From a virus (taxonomy: Duplodnaviria > Heunggongvirae > Uroviricota > Caudoviricetes): 20,366 bases of DNA. Positions 9,225-16,899 of the stretch are shown here, piece by piece (within the stretch, counting starts at the first letter, position 1; every line of letters begins with the position of its first letter). A program made the position numbers and the translations under genes. The stretch lies in the IMG/VR virus record IMGVR_UViG_3300031760_000026; one strand, given 5' to 3'. Below the pieces are notes generated by a model, which saw only the letters and a program-made list of their open reading frames with translations, ran no database searches and was not told the DNA's origin.

Positions 9225-9534
9225 TATAAACACCCCCAATTGTCAGAATAAGTCGAGGGTACTGCACGTCTACTGCTGAGACTTTCCAAGCAGTACCCAT
9301 CCACTTAACATATTTAATTGTGTGGAAGTGATTCATAGCGTATGGATCAGAGATGATAGAAATGTTGTTAGACACGTCAATGTTGTCATTGATACTTTCG
9401 CCATTCGAAGACTTCTTATAGTTTTTAAGAACATCTCCAAAGTAGTTTCTTTCAACTATTTGATCCGTCCAAACTCCAGGAGAAGTTTCTTCGGTTACCC
9501 CATACCCAATAGGGCCATAGAATTTGTTAGCCAA
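9199..9534 (-). CDS. Head-closure / stopper protein (SPP1 gp16-like), TTG start
   Basis: 111 aa beta-rich protein immediately after the capsid gene. Confidence 0.7.
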   Translation of the reverse strand: MANKFYGPIGYGVTEETSPGVWTDQIVERNYFGDVLKNYKKSSNGESINDNIDVSNNISIISDPYAMNHFHTIKYVKWMGTAWKVSAVDVQYPRLILTIGGVYNGETLATP

Positions 9535-9560
9535 CGAGAATCACTTCCATTTTGATTTTA

Positions 9561-11627
9561 TCAGCCGTTGTCGCTGTCGCTGTTACCGGTAACCTCTTCC
9601 TCAATAACGATGAAGGAGTAGATGCGGGTGGTGGCGCCAGACATACGAGTCTCAATCAGGCTCTTCTCCTGGTTGAAGTCAATGTCGAAATCGGTGAAGT
9701 GGGTGATCTCGCCACCCTTGGTGGAACCAACAGAGTAGTCATTCAGGTTACCGATGATGGCGAGCAGCTTGTAGGTATGGCCATTAACGGTACGGGTCTT
9801 GTTGGCAAACTCAGGGACATTGTAAATGTTGTTAACATCCAGAGCAGTGGCCAGCTCATTCTTATTAGCGTACAGACGACGACCATTCAGATCCTTAGCA
9901 AGCATCATCTTATTGAAGAACTGCTGCTGGCAGAACATATCGGCAGCACCAGTGCCACGGTAATCGATCTTGGCATCCAGCATGGCCTCTTCCATCGCCT
10001 GAGCATACAGGTAGGAATCGCCAAAGTTGGCAGCGGTATTGGTGCCATTGGGGGTGCCAGTGATGTCAAGGGTCTTGTAAATGGTGAACAGATTCTGGTC
10101 GCCCCAGATAGGACGAACGTGATCCGCGCTGATCTTGTCAGAAGCAGCATCATCGCGGCCATCGCCAATCAGAATGGCACGGGCAATCTCGGTCTCCAGC
10201 TGCTGGCGATCGATCTTGTACTGGTACGCGACGTAATCGAAATCGGTGATGTCGACAATATCATCACGATTCAGAGCACTCTTAACATAAATGGTCTGAG
10301 GATCAGTAGCACGCTTGGCAACGGCATACTGTCCGGCCAGCACCTTCTCCTTGCCCTTCTTGTAGCCGCGAGCACGAATCTCCTCGATACCACGGACATC
10401 AACCTGGGAAGTACGAATACGGCTATAGGGGCTCTTGTGAACCTTATTCAGAACCGCAGTAACCCAGCCAAGATCATTAGTCACAAGCTCGGGAGCACCA
10501 GGACGAACATCTCTATACTCAGGGAACAGGGCCTCAACACCAGTACCAGGAGTAACAGGATAGGAATCAAAGCCGCTCACAGCCTTAGGATCGCCATCGG
10601 CATGGGCCAGCTCATTGGCTTCGGCAAAGTCCATAAAGGCCTGCCGGAAACTACCACCCTTCTTGGCGGCAGCAAGAATGGACTCCTCATCGGAGTGGGA
10701 CAGATAGGCCGCATCGGAAGCGGTCTGAGCGTCAAAAACATTGTGCTTCATAATATCTTCTCCTTCGAAGTCGGAATGCTCGACTTCATCATTTTTCTTT
10801 TTAGCGTCTTCAATAGCCTGGCCGATCATAAAATATACGACCTGCTTCTGCTCTTCAGTGAATTCGTCAAATACATCCTTGACAGTCTTTTCGCCTTTTC
10901 CTTCAGGCGCTTCACCATCGTCGTCGGCGTGCTTCACTTCGGTGTCTTCAGTGCCTTCTTCATCATCGTCATCTTTCTTGCCCTTAGCATCTTCCAGAGC
11001 CTGACCGATCATAAAGTAAACAACCTGCTTTTGCTCTTCAGTAAACTCGTCAAATACATCCTTGACAGTCTTTTCCTTCTTCTCGTTATCCACTTCAGTC
11101 TTCTCCTTACCTTCTGCTTCTTTTTCATCCTCGGCAGAATCTTCAGAATCAGCATGGCCGAGAACAAGACCTTCCTCGTCGTTAAAAATCGTAGCTTCAC
11201 TATTAAGCTCCTCGCTAGTCCCATCGGAGTGGGCCATTACAGGAAACTCAATATATGCGCCAGGATTCGCACCGGCGAGAACTAAACTAACTTCCTTAAT
11301 AGCTCCGTGAAGAACATCTCCACCGTGCTGCTTAAGCTGATTAGCATAAATAGATAATGCAGTCACATCGCCATGCTGAACAAGAGCCTTGGCATGCTGC
11401 CCCCAAGCAGTGTCATTAAACGTGCAGTAGGCATACACGCCTTCATCTCTATTTTCGAGAAGCGCATGTCCGAGAACATTAGTCGGATCGTCATGCCTAT
11501 GCTGCCAAACCAGGGGGACAGTCTGACCATCATCATCCTTAAAGGCATCCTTACGGATAGTGCGGCCATCAGAGCAACGTAAATCGTTTTTAGTTGCCCA
11601 ACCGCAAAAGTCAAACTTAGAACCCAT
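9561..11627 (-). CDS. Prohead protease - acidic scaffold - major capsid fusion (688 aa)
   Basis: N-terminal HK97-type protease with 'PLVWQH', His54 (VLGHA) and Ser114 (EVSLV); D/E-rich linker of about residues 135-292; capsid-like C-terminal region ending 'TRMSGATTRIYS'. Confidence 0.9.
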   Translation of the reverse strand: MGSKFDFCGWATKNDLRCSDGRTIRKDAFKDDDGQTVPLVWQHRHDDPTNVLGHALLENRDEGVYAYCTFNDTAWGQHAKALVQHGDVTALSIYANQLKQHGGDVLHGAIKEVSLVLAGANPGAYIEFPVMAHSDGTSEELNSEATIFNDEEGLVLGHADSEDSAEDEKEAEGKEKTEVDNEKKEKTVKDVFDEFTEEQKQVVYFMIGQALEDAKGKKDDDDEEGTEDTEVKHADDDGEAPEGKGEKTVKDVFDEFTEEQKQVVYFMIGQAIEDAKKKNDEVEHSDFEGEDIMKHNVFDAQTASDAAYLSHSDEESILAAAKKGGSFRQAFMDFAEANELAHADGDPKAVSGFDSYPVTPGTGVEALFPEYRDVRPGAPELVTNDLGWVTAVLNKVHKSPYSRIRTSQVDVRGIEEIRARGYKKGKEKVLAGQYAVAKRATDPQTIYVKSALNRDDIVDITDFDYVAYQYKIDRQQLETEIARAILIGDGRDDAASDKISADHVRPIWGDQNLFTIYKTLDITGTPNGTNTAANFGDSYLYAQAMEEAMLDAKIDYRGTGAADMFCQQQFFNKMMLAKDLNGRRLYANKNELATALDVNNIYNVPEFANKTRTVNGHTYKLLAIIGNLNDYSVGSTKGGEITHFTDFDIDFNQEKSLIETRMSGATTRIYSFIVIEEEVTGNSDSDNG
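10749..10765 (-). promoter_or_regulatory. Internal ribosome-binding site and in-frame ATG (Met293) for a stand-alone 396-aa capsid protein
   Basis: AAGGAGA (10765-10759), a 7-nt spacer, then ATG at 10751, in frame with the fusion ORF (876 nt = 292 codons from 11627). Confidence 0.75.
10801..11075 (-). repeat. Duplicated 92-nt scaffold segment (10801-10892 and 10984-11075)
   Basis: Both copies encode EKTVKDVFDEFTEEQKQVVYFMIGQA[L/I]EDAK; offset 183 nt; 82/92 nt identical by manual alignment. Confidence 0.95.
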
Positions 11628-11628
11628 T

Positions 11629-12885
11629 TTAAATTGTCTCCTCCATTTCTTCAGGATTTATGTCCGGATCATTTGATGGCGTCTTCGGAGATGTGTCATC
11701 AGAAACCGGATTAATATTCTTATTCTTAAGTTTATCCGCTTCAGGATCATCGCTAGGTTTCATTCCCATAAAGGTTCGAATCTCATTTGAAGATACGATT
11801 GCATTCTGAGTAAGAATGCCGGCAACATTAGCAAACGATGAAAGCGGAACAAATTTAAAGTAATCCTGGAAGAAAGAAATAGACTGCCCCTGAGTTCGGG
11901 CAGCCTTAGTTAAAAATTTACGCCGCATCTCTTCTGCAAAGGCAGTTAAGATTACAGCGACTACTCTTTGGTTGTAATTACGCATTGTCTCTTCATTAGC
12001 AGTTCCATTTAAGATCTCATTCGTAATCCCTAACTGGCCCATTAGTGTCTCAGTAAGATACTGAATTTGATTCATTAAATTGTTTTCTACCGGACGATTT
12101 AACTGCGTAATTCTTTCGGTACCATCTGTGTAAGCGATACCATATTTAGAACCAGCGAGCTGCATCTCAATATCTTTACGGCGAGCTTCAGCCTGCTGTT
12201 TTCTAGCTTCTGTCTTAATGACATAAGGTAACTGAATGATCAAATCCAACTTTCCAGCACTACTCTGTTCGTCAATTGCATCAAGCAAATTAAGCTTTCG
12301 AATAAGCCTCTGAAGAGTTGAGTTTGGTTCATTCATAATTGAATAGAATGGATTCTCGACAATGGCGACCATTTTCTTAGGCAAAATAATTTCTCGCCTC
12401 TGACCGGTCCTCTCATCGTAGACTTCGACCCTTACATGCTTAGGCATCCATTCTTTAATTTTTCCAGTCCGCATTGACAAAATATCATATGAGTTTGAAT
12501 CATAAGGGTTAATCGTTGTGTCAATAGGGACTAAAGCTACAACACCCTCGTCAAACATCGACATGACTGCGTCCTGGATCATAGATCGACCAACCTGATC
12601 AATATTGGCCTCAATGGACAAACAATTATTAAGTCCGGACTTAATTGTTTCAACGTATCGACCATCCTTATCAAGACGAACATGACGAATATCAACAGAC
12701 GCCACATCAACTGAGATATGGTTGAAGATCGCATTGATTATCGAGCGTTCATTTCCAAAAGATGATCTTCGTTTACTCAAATTATAAGATGAACCATAAT
12801 AATATGTTTCGGTACGAGGCGGGGTAGGGTCTTTATTGTTAAAGGCGTTCCATGCATGCTGGAGCCTATCAGTAAAACTAGGCAT
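11629..12885 (-). CDS. Portal protein (HK97-like, 418 aa)
   Basis: Size, position before the protease, and C-terminal 'SSNEIRTFMGMKP' portal signature. Confidence 0.9.
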   Translation of the reverse strand: MPSFTDRLQHAWNAFNNKDPTPPRTETYYYGSSYNLSKRRSSFGNERSIINAIFNHISVDVASVDIRHVRLDKDGRYVETIKSGLNNCLSIEANIDQVGRSMIQDAVMSMFDEGVVALVPIDTTINPYDSNSYDILSMRTGKIKEWMPKHVRVEVYDERTGQRREIILPKKMVAIVENPFYSIMNEPNSTLQRLIRKLNLLDAIDEQSSAGKLDLIIQLPYVIKTEARKQQAEARRKDIEMQLAGSKYGIAYTDGTERITQLNRPVENNLMNQIQYLTETLMGQLGITNEILNGTANEETMRNYNQRVVAVILTAFAEEMRRKFLTKAARTQGQSISFFQDYFKFVPLSSFANVAGILTQNAIVSSNEIRTFMGMKPSDDPEADKLKNKNINPVSDDTSPKTPSNDPDINPEEMEETI

Positions 12886-12906
12886 GAAAGCCCCTCACTT
12901 TACTTA

Positions 12907-13599
12907 TTACTTTGTGTATTTTTTCATAAGTGAAATATCTGCGGAAGACCTGATAGCTGCTGCGGCAAATTCATGTCCTCTATCAAGCGCCTTTTGCTCT
13001 GCTTGCGATAAAGCATCATATTTAGCAATTTCAGCGGCAGTTTTACTCCATTTCTGGCCATTCATTGCACCAAGAAACGCCAATGCAGCAGCTTGCTTCT
13101 TTCTCCCTAAAGAATATGTATCGCCTTTAGTTTTTTGATACCTACGAGCGAAAGTTTTCTTACTTCCATGGTATTTTCCAGCAAATTCAGCATCCGTAAG
13201 CCTATGATAATCTTCGGCTACTCTTCTAGTTGCAGAATTTTTAGCGATACTAACATCGACTTTTGCCTTTTCTCGCTCAAGTTTAGCTTCTTTTTTATCG
13301 GCTTTAGCTTTATCTGCCGCTTCTGCTTTCTTAAGTTGCTGGTTCTTAGCAGCAGCGTTCATTGACGCCAAAGTTTTATTTCCTAAACGATTATAGGTTC
13401 GCTCATTAATGTCATAAACTTTTGCTAATGCTCGATGAGCAGTGCCGCCGACAGAACCTCCACCATTGTAACGTTTCTCGCCAGCAGCTTTTAAAGAACC
13501 ATCTTCATTCTGAAAACGTCTTACACCCCACTTTTGGCCTTTGATTCCATGATGCATAAGATCGGAATCTCTTTGAATCTCGTATCCATATAAATTCAT
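12907..13599 (-). CDS. Basic HxG-KWG-motif protein 2 (likely start MNLYG at 13599; ORF track start 13611)
   Basis: N-terminal 'DLMHHGIKGQKWGVRRFQNEDGSL'; Lys/Ala-rich body; SD-like GGTGA 5 nt upstream of the ATG. Confidence 0.85.
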   Translation of the reverse strand: MNLYGYEIQRDSDLMHHGIKGQKWGVRRFQNEDGSLKAAGEKRYNGGGSVGGTAHRALAKVYDINERTYNRLGNKTLASMNAAAKNQQLKKAEAADKAKADKKEAKLEREKAKVDVSIAKNSATRRVAEDYHRLTDAEFAGKYHGSKKTFARRYQKTKGDTYSLGRKKQAAALAFLGAMNGQKWSKTAAEIAKYDALSQAEQKALDRGHEFAAAAIRSSADISLMKKYTK

Positions 13600-13613
13600 A
13601 TTGTTCACCAACT

Positions 13614-15365
13614 TTACTCAAATGTGTCTCGATTAGACTTATATGCCACATATGCATCCAGCATGGCCGCCACATTATCAATCTTATCTTGGCGACGCTT
13701 TTTTAATAATTTCCTATTGCCATTTGTGTCTTCAAGAGTTATGCAATTACCCATCGTGAAAGTCATCAAATCCTGATCAAAAATCAGCATCCGCTGCTCA
13801 GCATATGTTTTCAATTCACCGAGAGGGACTGACTCCGTTTTAGATCCCTGAATAACTTTCTCAATACCAAATGGCCCATTCTCTCTTTCCCAACGCTCGA
13901 CAAATTCTTTGGCATTATACGGGTCAAAGCCGAAGCATCGAACGTCATAACCTGTTTCAGTAATATACTGATCCAAATCTTCATAAACGGCCATCATGTC
14001 AAGAACTGTGCAGTCAAGCACAATTAAACTTCCTTCGTTGATGAAGTCGTTATACTTAATACGCATGGCAACTGGTAACTTATTAAGCGTTATGGACGAA
14101 ATGTAACTTCGAACCTTAACGCCAAAGCCACCATTCTTAAGCGGAAATAGAAATGTAAAGGCACAGAAGTCGTCTCCTTGAGAAAGGTCTGCGCCCAATG
14201 CACAAGGCATTGACCAGAAGTCTCTTCTTCGATGCGGAAGAGTCTCCTCATATGTAAAGAAGTACGTATAGCCTTCCATGGGGAGATTAAACCGCTTTGC
14301 CAAAATATCATTTCTAGCCGCTGGAACTTTCTCAGCTCTCTCTACGTCACGCTGATAGGTCTCATAAGTAACAGTTCGACCAAGATTAGGATTAGCCTTA
14401 AGCCACATTGCAGGATCTGCAACTTCCTTAATATCATCCAGCTTGTAATACCAAATCGACACATTAGGAGCGATGTACTCACCCTTAAGAATTGACATCA
14501 ATTCCATTTTGATTGTGTCACCAGCAGCATTACGAACTGTTCCTTCAGAACTAGTGGCAACTATAATGTAGTCATCCAAACCGCCTTTAGCTGCGCCTTG
14601 CTCAAGAGAGCCAATAGGATCTTCTCGGATGTCGCAAGAAAGCCATTCGTCAACTGTCGCGCACTTAACACGCAATCCTTGAAGTTTGTCAATGGCCATC
14701 GGACGGATCTCAAGCAATGAACCAGTTAGGAAATTCTCAATTCCCTTCTTTGTGGAAGCAAGTTTCACACGATTAGCTTTTGATCCTGTCGTGTTCTGAA
14801 GTGAACCCTCAGTAAGAAACTGAAACAATGGCCCTCTTGCTCGAACAATAGAAGTCTTGATAGGGGATAGGACCTCTTCGGACTGTTTCATTGTAGGAGC
14901 AGTTGTTACCTGATGTGTAGTAGTTCCATCGATGTTAAGAATGTACGACTGTATACAAGAAGCATACATCGATTTAGCTGCGCCTCTGGCAATTATTAAG
15001 TATTGCTTATTTATAAGACGCTGTTTAATACGTTTATTAACATAGTGACCGCCATGATTATCGGGACTTGGCTCATAAACAGATCTAGTAACAAAATAGT
15101 ACCAACCAAAAATCTGCTCGGCCCATAACTTGAAGGTATCAAGTAAAACTAGATCAGATCCGTCAGTCAAAGTTAATTCGTTTTCACAATACCTAATAAA
15201 TCCCTCGACAGCATCTTCATCATAATAAATGCCAGGATTCGCTATAAGGTCATCAATTCGGTTCATCTCCATGGAGATTTCCCTACAAACTGGGATCTCG
15301 CCACGAATGACTGCATCCCGAAATTGCCCGTAATACTTCGGGACAGCAGTATTAGATAAACTCAT
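13614..15365 (-). CDS. terL: Terminase large subunit
   Basis: Walker A-like 'IIARGAAKS', Walker B 'CATVDE', nuclease motifs 'GADLSQGDDF' and 'KIDNVAAMLDA'. Confidence 0.95.
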   Translation of the reverse strand: MSLSNTAVPKYYGQFRDAVIRGEIPVCREISMEMNRIDDLIANPGIYYDEDAVEGFIRYCENELTLTDGSDLVLLDTFKLWAEQIFGWYYFVTRSVYEPSPDNHGGHYVNKRIKQRLINKQYLIIARGAAKSMYASCIQSYILNIDGTTTHQVTTAPTMKQSEEVLSPIKTSIVRARGPLFQFLTEGSLQNTTGSKANRVKLASTKKGIENFLTGSLLEIRPMAIDKLQGLRVKCATVDEWLSCDIREDPIGSLEQGAAKGGLDDYIIVATSSEGTVRNAAGDTIKMELMSILKGEYIAPNVSIWYYKLDDIKEVADPAMWLKANPNLGRTVTYETYQRDVERAEKVPAARNDILAKRFNLPMEGYTYFFTYEETLPHRRRDFWSMPCALGADLSQGDDFCAFTFLFPLKNGGFGVKVRSYISSITLNKLPVAMRIKYNDFINEGSLIVLDCTVLDMMAVYEDLDQYITETGYDVRCFGFDPYNAKEFVERWERENGPFGIEKVIQGSKTESVPLGELKTYAEQRMLIFDQDLMTFTMGNCITLEDTNGNRKLLKKRRQDKIDNVAAMLDAYVAYKSNRDTFE

Positions 15366-15375
15366 TTTGAATTAT

Positions 15376-15846
15376 TTACTTCCCAATAAAATACTTGACA
15401 AAATTCTTGAGGTCATCCACTTTAATCCCTTCAAGACCTTGTTCCTTTAAAATATAGTTTTTGCCAGCTTTAAATGCCCACGTAGCAATTCCGGCAGCGG
15501 CCATAGTTCCAATGCGTTTCATAACATCTTGTGAAAACTTTTTTCCACCAGATACTTTCTGCTCTGCATTAACTAACTGTTTAAGTTGCTGCTCGGTCTG
15601 GATACGATTAACTCGTTCTCTAAGTTCTCGGTCACTAAGCTGATCTCTATGCTTATAAACTTCAGCAGCATTTGTAGATTTAAGAAGCTGCTCTTTAGTC
15701 GGAGCTTTGCTCTTCTTTTTAGCAAGCCCGACTTCTTTTCCACCTTCGCCACTTTGACGGCCGCGGACAGAATAGGGCTGAAATCTACGAATGCCCCATT
15801 TTTGTCCAAGGATGCCGTAATGGGCGAGATAATCTTCGTATTCCAT
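15376..15846 (-). CDS. Basic HxG-KWG-motif protein 1 (likely start MEYED at 15846; the track start 15885 lies inside the upstream terminator)
   Basis: N-terminal 'YLAHYGILGQKWGIRRFQ'; 'LSDRELRERVNRIQTE' helix; Lys/Arg-rich. Confidence 0.85.
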   Translation of the reverse strand: MEYEDYLAHYGILGQKWGIRRFQPYSVRGRQSGEGGKEVGLAKKKSKAPTKEQLLKSTNAAEVYKHRDQLSDRELRERVNRIQTEQQLKQLVNAEQKVSGGKKFSQDVMKRIGTMAAAGIATWAFKAGKNYILKEQGLEGIKVDDLKNFVKYFIGK

Positions 15847-15864
15847 TTTCAGTCCCACTTTCAT

Positions 15865-15900
15865 AAAAGAAAGGAGGGCCCTCAAACGAAGACCCTCCCC
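15865..15900 (-). terminator. Intrinsic terminator closing the accessory cassette
   Basis: Minus strand GGAGGGUCUUC-GUUU-GAGGGCCCUCC hairpin (11 bp including G.U pairs) followed by UUUCUUUU. Confidence 0.85.
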
Positions 15901-15907
15901 ATAAATT

Positions 15908-16414
15908 TTACTCGGCGGAACGAATCATCTCAATGAATCTGCGAAGCTCTCTGCGCTCATAGTCGGAACCAACAGAATCCATCTCCCGCTCAAGGCAAGA
16001 AATAGCTCGATCACCAATACTATGACGACTGTAGCCACGGCCATCTCCATAGTACATGGGATCATCATACTGGTAACCCATAGGTCCAGTGTAAGACCTA
16101 CCATGCTCCATGTAAGGGCCATCACCATAGCTCATACGCATGTTTCCACGAGGTCTGGCATAAGAAGTAATACTATACCGCCTTGGAGTAGCATACATCT
16201 CGCCATGACCATAGCATCCAGAATATTGAGACTTTTCGTTCTCTTCCTTCATCTCACAGTCCTCGATCTCATAGCACAAACGGTCCATAAGCTCGAAACC
16301 ATCAACTAATGCTTTCGTCTCGGCAGGAGTGAGATCAGTTTTCTTTCCAAGCTCGTTGATGTTCTTAACAGTAGCTTGTTTAAGTTTCTTTAAAGATTCA
16401 ACTTCGAAACCCAT
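15908..16414 (-). CDS. Cassette gene 6: hypothetical, helical ends with a Tyr/Gly/Arg/Met low-complexity core (168 aa)
   Basis: SD AGGAGG upstream; the central segment 'YSGCYGHGEMYATPRRYS...YYGDGRGYSRH' is compositionally biased. Confidence 0.85.
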   Translation of the reverse strand: MGFEVESLKKLKQATVKNINELGKKTDLTPAETKALVDGFELMDRLCYEIEDCEMKEENEKSQYSGCYGHGEMYATPRRYSITSYARPRGNMRMSYGDGPYMEHGRSYTGPMGYQYDDPMYYGDGRGYSRHSIGDRAISCLEREMDSVGSDYERRELRRFIEMIRSAE

Positions 16415-16431
16415 TTTGATTTCATTCCTCC

Positions 16432-16890
16432 TTAACGACTAATGATGACATTTGCGTTAGTAACAGCAATAGGAATTGCACTAGTGTTAATAACTGCAAA
16501 GTCTTGGCAGCAACCTTTAAACACAGGAACATTCGAAGCTCTCGAGACATTCCAAAAGTCTTCAGTCGCTGCAGGGGTAACGATCATAGTGGTGCCCTGG
16601 AGAATGCCATTGCCAACTTCAAAAGCAACACTAATCGGCCCAACGGTTTCGCCTTCAGGGATTGCGATGTTCGCACCAAAGTCGACCAAATACTGCACAG
16701 AATTGTTATAAGCGAGGCAGCAAGGGCAGCCATTGTAATTTGCATACGCACCACCATTCAGGTTAAATGTGCCACTATCATCACGATGTTTAACAAGACC
16801 CTTATAGCAGGGGACGGGATTTTCCGTAAAAACGATGGCCTCGCCAGGATTAACAATCTGCCTAGCCACATTAGTCCATTCAGCCATCAT
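16432..16890 (-). CDS. Cassette gene 5: all-beta, Cys-containing protein, possibly a BclA-C-terminal/C1q-TNF-like jelly roll (152 aa)
   Basis: Alternating beta pattern ('YLVDFGANIAIP', 'FAVINTSAIPIAVTNANVIISR') and 6 Cys. The fold assignment is recalled resemblance, not a search result. Confidence 0.7.
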   Translation of the reverse strand: MMAEWTNVARQIVNPGEAIVFTENPVPCYKGLVKHRDDSGTFNLNGGAYANYNGCPCCLAYNNSVQYLVDFGANIAIPEGETVGPISVAFEVGNGILQGTTMIVTPAATEDFWNVSRASNVPVFKGCCQDFAVINTSAIPIAVTNANVIISR

Positions 16891-16899
16891 AACACCCCC

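Noticed and set aside
9552-11285. 577-aa plus-strand ORF antisense to the capsid fusion
   Set aside because: It is exactly in register with the minus-strand gene and arises from avoidance of TTA/CTA/TCA codons. It has no SD and no protein-like motifs. Used only as evidence of codon bias.
13614-15365. Intron or intein in terL, or the HNH gene as a mobile homing endonuclease
   Set aside because: TerL is an uninterrupted 583-aa ORF of normal size. The HNH gene is small, stand-alone and coupled to TerS, as expected for a packaging nuclease.
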